A DNA stretch of 59,585 bases, counting the filler, from Sphacelaria rigidula (taxonomy: Eukaryota): the NCBI GenBank assembly GCA_964200075.2. It is 10 parts of 10 records of this genome, joined end to end, with 100 filler letters (N's around TTAATTAATTAA, not from the genome) between each part and the next. Parts side by side here need not be neighbours in the genome. Positions count along the whole stretch, not along the records: positions 23,877 to 29,745 come from CAXNAA020023852.1; positions 29,846 to 35,713 come from CAXNAA020023853.1; positions 35,814 to 41,681 come from CAXNAA020023854.1; 7 more parts are not named here. One strand, 5' to 3'. The position numbers and the translations under genes were made by a program. Below, in pieces: positions 23,777 through 36,471 of the stretch. Below the pieces are notes generated by a model. It saw only the letters and a list, made by a program, of their open reading frames with translations, had not been told where the DNA came from and searched no databases. The first letter of the stretch is position 1. Each line of letters begins with the position of its first letter.

Positions 23777-25968
23777 NNNNNNNNNNNNNNNNNNNNNNNN
23801 NNNNNNNNNNNNNNNNNNNNTTAATTAATTAANNNNNNNNNNNNNNNNNNNNNNNNNNNNNNNNNNNNNNNNNNNNTTGCCCAAAAGGGAGAAAAAAATT
23901 GATCGCTGGTCCAAGGGGTATCCACGCAACTCTTGCCATTCCACGTGTCTGGGCAGCGTGTATCTGGGTTGCAACGCTGAAATAAAGCCTAGGGATGGAT
24001 TCGTCACGAGTCGACTCACTATCCTAAAATCAAGTAATTTTCAGACGGATAACTATTTGTCCGACCCTTGCTCAAGCCATTCTACCCAGACTTGGGTAAG
24101 GTAAAAATACCTGGGTAGTATTGCTGGGTACTCAAGAGTGCTTACCTTACCCAACACACCCTTGGGTATCGGATACTCGAGACACGGCATGTCGCTATCA
24201 TGTATCAGACTGTTCATTGTTCCAGCCGCAGGACTCCCAATAGCCTTTGCAAGAACTGTCCCCTAGGGCAATTCGTTTCACTTCATGCTGTTTGAGATTA
24301 CCTCTCGCGGTTTAGGAGTTTTAAACACTTGCATACCTGACGACGAACCCGACTTCTTTTGATGAAAAAGTGCAAAAAAAAACGTGTGCTCCCCTGTTTA
24401 TCCCCCACGAATTCCCCCGCTTGTTTGGACCCTACAAGAAAGTACGAACCTCACTTCTGGAAATAGTTTGTTAAAATATACATCGAGTGGCGCGAGATTC
24501 GCACGGTGAACTGAGATGAGCCTTTGAGAATGATTTGATCTACGGGTGGTCAATGCCTACAAAACGACGTACATTCTTCTTCTATTTTCGTCTACAGAGC
24601 CTCAATCTATCAGAGCATGTGAATTGCAACTGGTACCCGTCAAATGCCTGAATCTCGTTCCCGGATTTGAGGATCCTCAGTCAGGTTATTGTCTTTGATT
24701 TTCGAGCTTTCTGCCAACTCTGTGTTGGCTATTTGACGCGGAAAAAGCTGTGTGATTTAAGCACCACGAGCAAGATAACTGAATTTCACACACATGAAGT
24801 AGCGCGGTACAGTAGCTCTCGCTCTTTTCGCAGGGGTCTTTTTGATGATGCTCGAAGTTCGCCACTCAAAATGTGTTTCCGAGATGTTTGGATGACCGGC
24901 ATTTGCGGAAGTGCACAAGGGTCCTCCAGCTGACAAGTCGGAATGGAGCACACACGAGCGCGGCTCGAGCGTGAAAATACACCCTCGGGTGGTTACGGTT
25001 GACAGTGATCACGGACCAAACAGACTCCACATCTTCATATTTCACAGAGATGATCGCTATACATACATTTCCATTCATCCCGCCATCTCCTTCATACCAC
25101 GTCATCCGACACCACGATAAGTATGCAAGGTATTAACCTATTAGACGTATTCCCCTGTAGGCTTACTCAAAGTAAACAAGCTTGGAAACAAGCTTGGAAA
25201 CAAGCCATGAGCTGCCAAGCTTCGCCAGTATCGACGTTAAATCAGGCGGAAGACAGCACGAAGAAAATAGGCACCGGTTTCCCTGCCTCGTATGACATAC
25301 ATATCCCTTATTGCTACATATTATGTGCACTATACGCCCCTTCCGCACCCAGCCCAATCCGATACATTTCTCCTCAAGTCTTCCCCCATCCCCCGCCGCC
25401 CCCGCCGGAGGTTCCCGGTGTAAGCGGTCGACACTGGGCGGTGACGAGGTCATCGCGGCACGCCTTGTAACGCATCACTGTTGATCATGAGGCCCTGAGT
25501 AAAACCGAGGTATGATGTAAACAGCGACATAGTCAGACGATAGAAACTGCCTCTCGGTTGTGAAAATAACCCCGAGAGACGAATGTTGTCCAAGCACAAG
25601 CCATCACCGAACTATTATTTCTTGGTTGTGAAGTAACTTTTGACGTGACAGCAGGCACAAAAGACTCAGAGCATAACATTTAACATGCCGGGGTGTCGAG
25701 CATGGTGTGAACGTATCGGATGTATACAGCATGGTTGCGTGGTATGAAAAGGTGTACGTAAAGTTGATCCTCTTCGGTTCAAAGTCACGAAGCACAAGAT
25801 ATTTCCCTGAAGGAAGCACATGCGGAACACGAATTGCAGGACGTTCAATGTAGCCTCCACGAACAACTGCTCCGCTTCTACCAACCGTCCTCCACCCTCA
25901 TTTCATCTGCACCATCTCTGTAGCAGACAGAAAATCGAAAACAGTCACTGTTACTCCACATCCGAACC

Positions 25969-26140
25969 TCACTTGGGGATTTGTGACATTTCCTTTATAC
26001 AAACTTTCGTGAGCTCCTCGAACAGTTCTTTCGACTCCCAGTTTTCCTGCTTGCTCAGCGGCGGTGCTGTGACGAGCACGCACGAAGTTGGACGCTTTGT
26101 CTTGGCTGCCGCGCCCAGGTCAACCTTTGATGGTACATAT
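25969..26140 (-). CDS. NHP2: H/ACA snoRNP subunit NHP2 (L7Ae family), 3' exon
   Basis: cag|A TAT... encodes YVPSKVDLGAAAKTKRPTSCVLV...; TKRPTSC is diagnostic of NHP2. The 3' end is uncertain: read-through to TGA at 25969-25971, or one further short intron. Confidence 0.88.
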
Positions 26141-26542
26141 CTGACAACAAACGGTCATCATCGACATGCAACGAACGACCACAAGGCAATGAGCGAAATA
26201 ACATGATAACATGACCAAACACGCTGACCCAATTCGTGTAATCGAAACACGCACTGCCAACAATATTCCGAAAATGTCAAAATGTCGACTTTCCCAAGAT
26301 CGTACGAGAGTATCGCTACTTCTCCAAATCCTCGAGAATCAATCTCAGAATGGTTCCCACCAGAATCCTGACCAACGAGCCTCCCTCATTGGGTACCGGT
26401 CATGGTACGCACTGCATGAAACAGGGCGCTTTCTGTCTCCACGTCCCTACTAGCTCTCTCGAAGGTGGATGCAGGCGCAAACCGTCGCTTGTAAAGTCGT
26501 CCATAATGCAGACACATGAGTCAAAATGTAGAAGTGACTCAC

Positions 26543-26661
26543 ATGTAGTGCACACCCTTCTCTTCGCAGTGATAAGCCATGTGAGATATCACATCGATCG
26601 GAGAAATGTCTCCGGCAATCACACAGATCCCCCTTTTGCCTTGACGGATCCCCTTGCAAAC
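26543..26661 (-). CDS. NHP2: NHP2 internal exon
   Basis: cag|VCKGIRQGKRGICVIAGDISPIDVISHMAYHCEEKGVHY+AT|gtgagt; AGDISPIDVISH motif; phase 0/2 fits both neighbours. Confidence 0.93.
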
Positions 26662-27222
26662 CTGACAATACGTTGAGATATCAAGATACGCCTCGTGATG
26701 ATGGGGTCGTGGCTACAGGCAACAGGCAACAAGGTATTACACAACTTGTCGACACAACATACGACGTTTACGAGAGCACACAAAACCTGCGCAACGCAAG
26801 GCGAAAAGCACGTTCGATGGGGAGATACAAAATATGGGGCCGATGAGAGGGTGTGTACTGTATGAAGACCGCTGCTTTGTCACATTTTGTCATATTCCGA
26901 ATTTTTCCTCGGGCGACGCAGCAACCAATCAATAAGTAGCATAGAGAGAGGACGTTACGAGTGGCACAAGACCACTTGTCCTCATTCGCGGCACAGGGCA
27001 AGGGAGGTGTAGTATGATGGACAAAGCTCACCGACCAGCAAACTCCGGGATCTACGTGACATGCAGACGAGAACATTGTTTTCGAGCCAGGGTGGCTCGG
27101 CTATTTCACACCAACTTCAGACAACGACTCAATACTGTTATGTGTATCTTTCTTTCTGTTCTAAAAATGCGTCATGAAATCTGCCCCGAATACACGCAAG
27201 CCCGGGTTTTTTCAAAGCCAAG

Positions 27223-28430
27223 ACCGGTCGCCCCGGTGGCTCAGTTGGTAAGACTGCCTTGTATAGCGGCCAATCCCGAATCTGGCGGGACCCGAATCTG
27301 TGCCAAATCGGGGAGACCCAGATTCGTGAAACTCAAATTCGTGTGTACCCCTGTATGGCTTCACAGATTTGTTGAAATTGTTCTATACACGAACGGTCAT
27401 TTTCTGGGCAGGTGTGGTATCACAGTGAAGCCGAAGAATAGGGAGGCAGATAATCATCTTTCAAGAGCAGGGTCGTACCCTGGTACCCTAGGGTATAATG
27501 TTGTGAAGTATATTGCACAATCACAGTACACAATAATGCCCGGTGGTAAAACATGATGGTGCAGTCGGTATTGCGAGAACAGTGCACAGTGTGCGGCAAG
27601 AGGTCATGAGTGCAGTGTCATTCATCACCCTGCAAGTACCGCGACAGCAGAGTGTAGGATAGTACAGTACCGTTCGTTATGATGATACATACAGCAGTAC
27701 AGTGCAGCGTAAACAATTTCCATCACCGCAGGTACGGCGTCGACACTTCTTATCCGCTTGTCAAACCCCGTGCGGATCGAGCTGCTCCAGCAGCCGGTGC
27801 TCGCAGGCACTGTCTGTGCTGTCACGAGACTGTCTGCTGCTGTTATTGCAAAAATACCAAACGCCTGTTGCCCTATCAGTGTACGTCAACATACGTACGT
27901 CAGTTGCTATAGATTCGGGGGACCTCGATCTTTCATGGATCTGCGCTCAGATTCGTGTAAAACCGTCCTCAAATCGTGACAAACGAATCTGAGCTTCCCC
28001 GATTTAGGCCATATTGGGGTCCATACGATGCGTTTGCGGATCCGAGGTCCCTTAATCTGCGTACAGATCCGTTTTTTCGACCACCATACAAACTGGTCCA
28101 ACCTCGAAGACCTTCTGACAGTTGGGTCGTGGGTTCAAGTCTCGGAGCGATCTGGGATTTTTTCTCACACAATGCCCAACAGTGGAGAGCGACTATGTCG
28201 TGGGTACACAAAATTCGACTAAGCAGTCGACGAGGGACAGGGAGTGCTGAACCCCTCTCGCGATAGAAATTAAAAGGTAAGCACCGCAGAAGGAAGGTGG
28301 GGTACTAAAACAAATAAAAAAAGAAAAAGCTCCCGCGTTGACCTTCCTCTGTGACCCCGGCTGACGCGCCCACATACACCGAAAGGTGCAGACCGGCGTC
28401 CAGAATAGATAAGACGACAACACACACACA
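27223..28430 (+). mobile_element. SINE family 1 copy split by a nested DNA transposon (head 27223-27251; remainder 28099-28430)
   Basis: accggtcgccccggtggctcagttggtaa ... caacctcgaagaccttctgacagttgggtcgtgggttcaagtctcggagcgatc; rejoining the halves restores the family head. Confidence 0.85.
27252..28098. mobile_element. 847-bp non-autonomous TIR element, probable 3-bp TSD (TAA/CAA), PIF/Harbinger-like
   Basis: Imperfect TIRs GACTGCCTTGTATAGCGGCC vs GACCAGTTTGTATGGTGGTC (13/20); inverted subterminal blocks aaatcggggagacccagattcgt / acgaatctgagcttccccgattt; boundaries defined by the interrupted SINE. Confidence 0.7.
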
Positions 28431-29199
28431 TAAATGGTCTCTTCAACGCCGTAAAGTGTCAACCCCGTGTCGTATCTCAAGATGGCCTGCGCGAGGGCTA
28501 GCTAAAGGCATCGCCAGAGTTGGGGCATGATGTTTCGTGGGCATTCTAATTCATCGCTACATTCCTGCCAGCTGCAAACTCAAGCTGTGCGGGCGCCATC
28601 TAATTTCTACTAAATTGAGTACGAGTGCATTATGAGTCTCTATTTGTGGGCTAATATACAGAGGCTGCGACGCCGGTGAATTGTTCATTGTGTCGAAGAA
28701 CATGATGAGCAGGTTTCTGTTCATAACAAATTCAGTATGGATATGAGTCTCATACACCGAATGTTTGAAAACGCCGAAAATCGCGTGGATTCTACAATAT
28801 TGCAGGTGGCGCGCGCGTCTGGTTGTGCAAGAAAACCAGCCGGTGCCGTTCGGCGTTACAGAGTACACAATGTTGGGCGATCACAAACTGGACCGAAATG
28901 CTCCCAACAACCAACAGACCCCGCTTTGCTACAAGATTCCGTTTATTGTGCCAATATGTTTCGACGGGAAATCCTCAGTGACTCAAACGGTCGTCGGACT
29001 TCCCAAGAACATCGAGATAGAGGCAGGCGCTCGTGATCTGAGCGATATTCTCTGCGAATCTACGACGAACCAGAAGCTAGCGTCATATATAATATCTAAG
29101 TATCGAGGCTGCGGCAGGTGGCAGTCACATTCTCGCAACTATCGGCATCTGAACGAAAAATGTAGTAAATGGTCCCGTGGTTGACTCAAGTTTCCTCAC

Positions 29200-29268
29200 C
29201 TCCTTGACCCCTCGCCGAGCCATCTTGCCCTTTGCCGCCTCCTTGACCAATTTGTAAAACTTCTTCGT
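29200..29268 (-). CDS. NHP2: NHP2 upstream exon (start exon lies beyond the contig)
   Basis: cag|TKKFYKLVKEAAKGKMARRGVKE|gtgagg; joins in phase 0 to give RRGVKEVCKGIR. Confidence 0.9.
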
Positions 29269-29943
29269 CTGAGAGGGGACAAAATGTAACCCGAACAGCA
29301 AGGAGAGGAGAGGCGAGTGCGACACAGAAAGATTAGAGACATGATACCCGGACGGACAATGTAGTGAAATTGTTCAGCACCGACAGTAGGACGGCAGACT
29401 CTATTTGGAAACATGTGACGAGGGGAAACGGCACGTTGAAGTGTCCAGAGTAATACCCCATGGGTACTTGTCCATCCTCCTTGTACGACGAATGAAGCAA
29501 CTTCGACAGAAGTCATCGGCAAAAAAAAATGAAGCGAACAGCACTACGACGGCATCAGTACCTCAGCCAGTATGATGGCCAGGTTTTCCCGAAGAGGCAC
29601 GACCGTTGCACCCTTTCCGCATGTTGCCCTTGACGAGGGCGCATACCTCTCAAAATTTGCACGATATCCCCCCCCCCCCCCCCCCCCCCCCCACAAGCCC
29701 CCCCCGTACCACCCCGTCCAGAAGTACGAGAAAAAACAACAAAGANNNNNNNNNNNNNNNNNNNNNNNNNNNNNNNNNNNNNNNNNNNNTTAATTAATTA
29801 ANNNNNNNNNNNNNNNNNNNNNNNNNNNNNNNNNNNNNNNNNNNNTTTTCTTTCGTCTGCTGCAAACATTCTGTCCGCCCCTTCCCATGCTCCTCTCTTC
29901 TGTTTTTTTTTTTTTTTTCCCCCCCCCCCCCCCCCCCCGAGCA

Positions 29944-30190
29944 ATGCTACGGTAGGGGAACACTTTTCACGCGAAATATTGTCGAGTTCAGGGGCTCCTA
30001 ACTATTCTAGATGCACAAGAATATGGGTCAGGGCATCCCCCTGTGCCAATTCATTCGGGATATGCCCAGCACATTGAAGCAGTAATCCCGGCGTACTTTT
30101 ACATATTTTCATAAGTTGTGTTTTGCATGAGATCAAGGGCTCCCAACAATTCTACCCTTATAAAATATTTGCGCACCCCTACCGTAGCAT
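29944..30190. repeat. Small element bounded by 15-bp inverted repeats (MITE-like)
   Basis: atgctacggtagggg ... cccctaccgtagcat; a related end (gcacccctaccg) recurs near 30800. Confidence 0.5.
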
Positions 30191-32641
30191 CATGGGGGCC
30201 CCCCGAAATTGGCCTTGAAAAATATTTCAGGTGTGGTCGGTCGAAAGCCGAGATATGCCAACGCTCTCATTTTTCGTAGCCTACCATGTTATTTTCTAGC
30301 CTTTCTGTCTATTATTTTTTTTCGGCAAGTGCTTCAGTTTCGTCTTGTCTCGGGTACGTCCATCATGTGACCACGGCTGGATCTCTGGGGGGTTAGTTAA
30401 AGAGCCACAACCAATCATCAAATAAAAAAATCAATCACAGATTCGCGTTTTTTTTGTTGTACTGAGCCGAATGTACGAACAAGTCTCACTACAATATCAT
30501 CTATCCCGGCAAACTCATCGCGAGGCCGATCGAGTTGTGTCAACCGGTAAAATTGAGGAGAATCATGCTACCGTGGAGGTCGCACGTTTGGGCTCAAATC
30601 CTTCTCATTCAGGGACTCCCAAAAGTTGGGAGCTACACAAGGATATGGGTAACTTCACTTCCCGTTTTCAATTTCATTCGGGGCATCCTTAGCCCACTGA
30701 AAAGCTCGTTGTGGTGTGCTCTTGTATGTTCCTCCCGGGGTCATTTTTTGGATGGGATAAAGGGGCTCCCGACAAGTCGAACCTCCGAAAACAAAATGTG
30801 CACCCCTACCGCAGGACCACTATTTATATCTTGTCTCTCCCGTCATTGATGAACAGATTCATTCAAGGGTTGTCCCGATGATATATTTCCGTTCAAAAAC
30901 GTGGGTATAACTATTGTGCTTAACAAATGAATCGCACGTCCTTCTATGTACGTCATTCATGCCACAGAGGTCTCGAGAAGGTCCCGACATTGCCAAGTAC
31001 ACTGATAAAATCTCGAGTTTGCGGCTGTATGACTATACCCCGGATTCCGAATTATTTATGTAAGAGGGGTTCACACAACTGCCATTACCCACAAAATGTT
31101 GCGACGAATGCATCCAGTTTTCGGATGTCGATTTGCTTCTCTTGACCATTCTTCCTCGAATTTGTTTGACATCGATCCTGGGAAACTTGAGCACTGCACG
31201 AAGGGTAGTTGACAAAGTCATCATTCTGTGTATTTACTCGACGGACCCACGGCCGCCATTTCAACTTCAAAAAAAGTCCACAGGCTCGCACAGGATACTG
31301 GTCAGTAATCCGTCAAAATGATCAAAATTACATTCAACGCTGCTTTGTTCGCAACAACATGAGTACCATGTATTCCTGCTCGCCTTTAGGGTCAGATGAC
31401 GTACCAAAAAGTATCACAATCTTTGTTGTGTAGCCCTACTAGAGTCACCTCTTCTTTTCTTCATCGCGTCACGTATATCAACTTTGCACTGCAGGTCAGT
31501 AATCATACCCATGGTTACGTGCCTGTTCACATGCATACATGAAGCGCACCATGCAAGGCCCAAGCGAAACAATCCGCTGGGACGCCTCCTTGCCAGCTGG
31601 GTAAAATGTCAATAAAGCTATGAGCCCACCGTCAGTGGTGAATATGCGCCGTATCTCTTACGTATACTTCGTACGCAGCAGCGTCTCGGTCCCGACACAC
31701 AATCAGCACCCATGCTCATCGTCGTTGTCGCCGCCGTTCAATGGTAAAGCCCATCCGCCCACACAACCCATATTTATCGAAGAAAACTGACATTCAATAA
31801 CAGCTTCATTAATTGAGTCATCCCATCTACAATCTACAGCCTCCCTCCGCGAGAGTTTTCGCAACAGGTCAACAAAGCACGCACGATTTTACAGTCATGG
31901 CCGTGTTGCCAAAAGTCGCTCACGCTACACCAGCGCCAACGGAATCCAATTCGTTCTCCGTCGGGATTAATCTGCTCTCTCGGAGAAACGTATACACAAA
32001 GCACGTCTTGGAGAGTCCGACAAAGAAGATCTTGCGTATAACGCGACCTCGAAAAATGAAGAAACGCACAAAACACGATAAAACCTCAAAACAATCAACA
32101 CCGACCAAGCACATCCCGCACAGCTTATCCTTCCTACCTCTCCCGCGAAAAAAAAGGAGAGTACTTTTACAATCCCCATTTCCTTCCTTTTCCTGTAGAC
32201 GACAGACAACATAAAGAGAACAACGACAGGCAAGTTGTTTCATATCCCTGAGAACTACGGCCGATGGGCACGGGAAACCATCGGTTGATCATCTGTACAA
32301 CACTCTGACACTTGAGTGGTGTACTCGACCTCCTCCATCACCGTTCTCGTGAACAGTAGTGCACAAACATGTCACCTGCGGAGTAGTAAGCACAGATGTG
32401 GAAACAATGATTCAGCTGTCATGAAATATGAGTACCCCACTACAAGTATGGAAACAATGATTCGGCTGTCATGAAACATGAGTACTCCACTAGCACTGTA
32501 CAATAGAGAGCCCATATCGTGCTCATTCCCGTGTACGTTTCAATCGTGCCTGAAGCAAGGTAGGTGTCGAATACACTAGAATCCAGCCTTTCCCGTGTAA
32601 ATTTTACCGTACGTCTATACCATGTCCTGCTTTGCCTTATG

Positions 32642-32727
32642 CTATGGTCTGGCCGTCTCCGATTGTGAAGCCTTGAGCTTCGCCATCTTCATCTCCACGA
32701 AGTCATCCACCACCACGGGCCAAGCAT
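32642..32727 (-). CDS. DCN1: DCN1-like (defective in cullin neddylation, PONY domain) final exon
   Basis: cag|AT GCT... encodes (D)AWPVVVDDFVEMKMAKLKASQSETARP*; the AWP..DxFVE DAD-patch motif. Confidence 0.9.
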
Positions 32728-32910
32728 CTGAGCACCAGCAAAACACACGCACACACACGCACACAGTGCTCGCTGGTTCATTTGTCCAACTTGGCACTAA
32801 AATCACAAGCCCAGATGAATTCATTTCAAGATCGCGCCGTCTCCTGGGGACACTTCGTGCCTTTTTGGGCGCAAGATATTAGCTAATCAAGATGCGGATC
32901 TTAAACTCAC

Positions 32911-33116
32911 CGCCATCATCGAAATTGGACAAGTCAGCGTCCACTTGACAGAAAAACGCTAGGGTCTGGGCCCACATGTCCTTAGTCACCACCGGCACAT
33001 TGGCTTGCCGCAAAAAGTCGCTGAACTCTCTGAGCAGCGGAAACTCTGGACTCCTGAGAACCAGCTCCCACACAGACAGGCACACATCCAGCTCGATAGA
33101 CTTCTTCCCCCTCTCC
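32911..33116 (-). CDS. DCN1: DCN1-like internal exon
   Basis: aag|G GAG... encodes ERGKKSIELDVCLSVWELVLRSPEFPLLREFSDFLRQANVPVVTKDMWAQTLAFFCQVDADLSNFDDG+G|gtgagt. Confidence 0.92.
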
Positions 33117-33764
33117 CTTCAGCAATGTTAACGTCACGATAAATGAAAGAAAAAAAACGGGAAAAGGGAGGGCAGAAAATGTGGCACATGATAGAGATCT
33201 GATATCAGACGCTAGTCGAATGGTGAAATGAGTGCTGTGAAAATACTCAAGGTAGAGCAACATACCCGGAGGTGCCCTGGGCATCCTAGGGTAGTGGTTG
33301 GAGTATCGAGTCCTTCCAGGTACGCCAAGTATCGACCGCCGAAAATAATGTTCATTACAGGGTATCCCGTGCATGGACTGCCGAATATTTTCAGTATTCC
33401 AGGGTAGCCAGGGTATGGACAGGAATACCCGACGTCTCCACGGTACTATGTACTCGGGGTATGTGACGCCCCGAAATATCTGCTCCGTCCCTTTACTAGG
33501 CACCCTCTCAAGTATGCTACACGTGTCATGTTATGCGTACGAAATGTGTCCACAGTGCATAGCGATACCCAGTGCCTTCAGGCTACGCTATCGTACGGCC
33601 AAACTCAACTCACCACCTCAAAGAGCGTACTCGCGACTAGTATCGGGTCTCGCTGCTCTGGATACCCGGGTTTTGCGCCGTGACGGTCTCTCCAGAGTAC
33701 TCAGTGTATCGATAGTAGTGCATCCTATTGCGCCTTTTACGCAGTACATGTTTTTTCCTATGCA

Positions 33765-33940
33765 TAAGCGAAATAGGCTTTACTTTACGCAGTACATGTT
33801 TTCTACTGCAACTACTGATCACCTCTTGTCCGAGGTGCAACAAAACATGGCACGAAAAATAGGTCCTGCATCTTGGACAACAGACCGTTAACAGTTGCAG
33901 TAGAAATAATGTACTGCGTGAAGCATAGCCTATTGCTCAT
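33765..33940. repeat. Imperfect palindrome in DCN1 intron (MITE-like)
   Basis: aataggct...tttacgcagtacatgttttctactgcaact...ttgtccgaggtgca pairs with tgcatcttggacaa...agttgcagtagaaataatgtactgcgtgaa...agcctatt. Confidence 0.65.
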
Positions 33941-34212
33941 TATTTCTAGGACACCCGGAGTACACAAGGTATTGACTATCGCACGTTCTGAGTATTGCAG
34001 GGTATCCACGGCGTCGACTGCCGAAATACCCGAGTACTTTAGGATGCGTCAGGTGTGGACACTTGAGAATACCCACACCCTCCTCTAACCTCAACAATTC
34101 GCTCGTCGTTGGCAAACATAATGAGGCATGTTTGCTTGAAGCACGGACGCGGACGAGATGCTAACATTTTACACCAGGTACTGCTCTGTTCAAGAGGCGA
34201 TGAATACGTACG

Positions 34213-34283
34213 TACATACATACATACATACATACATACATACATACATACATACATACATACATACATACATACATACATAC
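34213..34283. repeat. (TACA)n microsatellite
   Basis: Uninterrupted run of about 17 units. Confidence 0.95.
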
Positions 34284-34290
34284 GTACATA

Positions 34291-34612
34291 GGTGATCGAT
34301 CTTATGGTCCGACCATCATGTTCAGGGTGGTTGGAACGTGGGTTCGACTCCCAATGCGTTGGGATTTTTCTTGTGGAAGTATCTGATCTCGACCGTCGAA
34401 AGCGCGAGTACGTTGGTAAACAAGAAGTAGTTGACTGACTTTGTTTGACGAGAATTGACGCGGTGCGGAAGTGTTGGTCATGATCCAATCCGCGAGACCA
34501 AAATGCAAGGCGTTTACCGGGGAGAGATAGAGATGGATTGATCCCTTGAGACCACGTGCTATTTGCGAGGAGAGGAGAGGAGTTTAAAACGTGATACAAA
34601 ACAAACAAAAAA
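34291..34612 (+). mobile_element. SINE family 2, near full-length
   Basis: B-box GGTTCGACTCC at 34341-34351, body shared with 11249-11500 and 35814-35885, A-rich tail. Confidence 0.75.
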
Positions 34613-34682
34613 CGCATATGTAGAGATGACACACATGTCGATTGACCACATTTTACTGTTCCGAGTATGTACACCAACTCAC

Positions 34683-34765
34683 TTGGCGTACTCGAAGCAG
34701 TACATGTAGAACGTCTGGAACGCGTCCGATCGTCGGTCGCTTACCTCCGCTCGGAGCGAATCCAG
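34683..34765 (-). CDS. DCN1: DCN1-like upstream exon
   Basis: cag|LDSLRAEVSDRRSDAFQTFYMYCFEYA+AA|gtgagt; a phase-2 join gives FYMYCFEYAKERGKKS. Confidence 0.9.
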
Positions 34766-35540
34766 CTGCGCGCGCCGGGAAATGATCCGACAGCAGGGGG
34801 CAGGGGAGTGGAAGTGTTGGAAGAAACCAAATAACCGGGAAAAAGAACAAGAACAGAACGAAAAACAGGAGCCGTCAAACGTGCATGCCGTGAGCTGTAA
34901 AGGTGTTGCGGAAACCTGTGCCTATTTCAAGTCCCCGGGTAACAATAGTGGCACTGCGAAAAGAGACTGCGGGTTTGATACAACGGCATTGCAAGTATAT
35001 GGGCGTTTGCCTGTAAAATCAACCAGAGCAGCGGCAATGCCATAGAGGGGTGCGCTAATAATCTTGCATGTCATAGTCATAAGACAATTGACCTCGCATC
35101 GCTACAAAGCCGGGACGGAGCACGCCGGGAATTACGCCAGACCAGGCTCGCAATCAATCACCAAGCGCGAAGCGCCATGGTGTGTTCGGCAAGACGCATG
35201 AAGGGTGAGCTGCATCCTGCGAGGATGGTTCGGCCCGAACCGCATTGATTATCTTGCACTTAGATGACAGCCTGCAACGAGTTGCTTCATTTTCTGGTAT
35301 CGCCACTTCCAGAGACAGCCACGGATTCCACATTACCTCATGGGCGTCTTATCATGAAGGGGGGGAGGGGGGTTGTACTCTCATGATCTTGCATGCCGTA
35401 GTCATGAGACCATTGACCTGACATCCCTACAAAGTCGGGACGGACCACGCCGGGTTTTCTCCGGACCAGGCTCATAGGGGGGGCGAGGGTGGGTGGGGGG
35501 GGACGCAATCACAATGGGAAAGCTGCTGTTCAGGATTGTT

Positions 35541-35713
35541 GCGTGTGTTGTGTTGTCGTTCCGTCTATTCTGGGCGCCGGTCTACACCTTTCGGTATATG
35601 TGGGCGCACCTGCCGGGGGCACACAGGAGGACGGTCAACACAGGAGGTTTTTTTTTTTTTTTTTGTTTGCGTTTTTATTCACCTTCCTCCTGCGGTGCGT
35701 TCCTTTTTTTTTC
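35541..35713 (-). mobile_element. SINE family 1 3' part, cut by contig end
   Basis: tctattctgggcgccggtctacacctttcggtatatgtgggcg is identical to the corresponding segment of the 8430-8802 copy. Confidence 0.85.
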
Positions 35714-35813
35714 NNNNNNNNNNNNNNNNNNNNNNNNNNNNNNNNNNNNNNNNNNNNTTAATTAATTAANNNNNNNNNNNNNNNNNNNNNNNNNNNNNNN
35801 NNNNNNNNNNNNN

Positions 35814-35885
35814 GATGGGTTGATCCCTTGAGACCACGGACTCATCCTGAGGAAGGGGAGGGGTTCGAAGTGTTAGGAAAAAAAA
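35814..35885 (+). mobile_element. SINE family 2 3' end
   Basis: gatgggttgatcccttgagaccacggactcatcc...aaaaaaaa matches the 3' end of the other two copies. Confidence 0.7.
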
Positions 35886-36083
35886 GAAGGTAATCGTCCA
35901 TGTCTACTAGTATTGGCGATACTTCGCTCGCCAGGGGTGGGCCATCTGTTGAATCAGTGTCTTGCTCGCTTGGAAAATGACTGCAGCACCCATCCAGATG
36001 AACCCACCCTGGCGATCAGAGGGTCAACATATACTGCATACATGACGGGGTATTTTGTGCGCCTCTTTTCACAGAGCAGGAAA

Positions 36084-36122
<39 letters not shown>

Positions 36123-36195
36123 GAAATTTTTCTCACCCTCTGTTTTTTTCACCGTTTTTTTCACTCGCTCACATACTCGCCCCCCTTTCTCTCAC

Positions 36196-36471
36196 CTCCG
36201 GGCAGCAGAACCGCATGTGCGGCAGGCTCAAAGTACCAGCGCTTCCGACGAGCTCCACACCCTCCTCTCCGCCACTCTCGCCGCCACCACTACCACCACC
36301 ATTCCCACCCGTTTTTTTCGTCAGGGACGACACCGCTGCAGCAGTTTTCGGCTTTTCAATGACCTCCACTCCTGTCATGATACATGCGGCCGCCGGCTTT
36401 TGTCTCTTCCTCCCGGTACCGCTAGCGCTGTTTTTGCTGCTGCTGCTATGGACACGGGCGTTGGCTGTTCT
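36196..36471 (-). CDS. Exon 2 of an uncharacterised protein (low complexity, KRQK NLS-like motif, start of Cys/His domain LPHMRFCCPE)
   Basis: ttttccag|AGA...GAG|gtgaga, 92 codons open, phase 0 with exon 38817-38936. Confidence 0.65.

Noticed and set aside
26141..29199. Intronic snoRNAs in NHP2
   Set aside because: No properly spaced C/D box pair or H/ACA hairpin pair was visible on the sense (minus) strand; a covariance-model search would be needed to exclude them fully.
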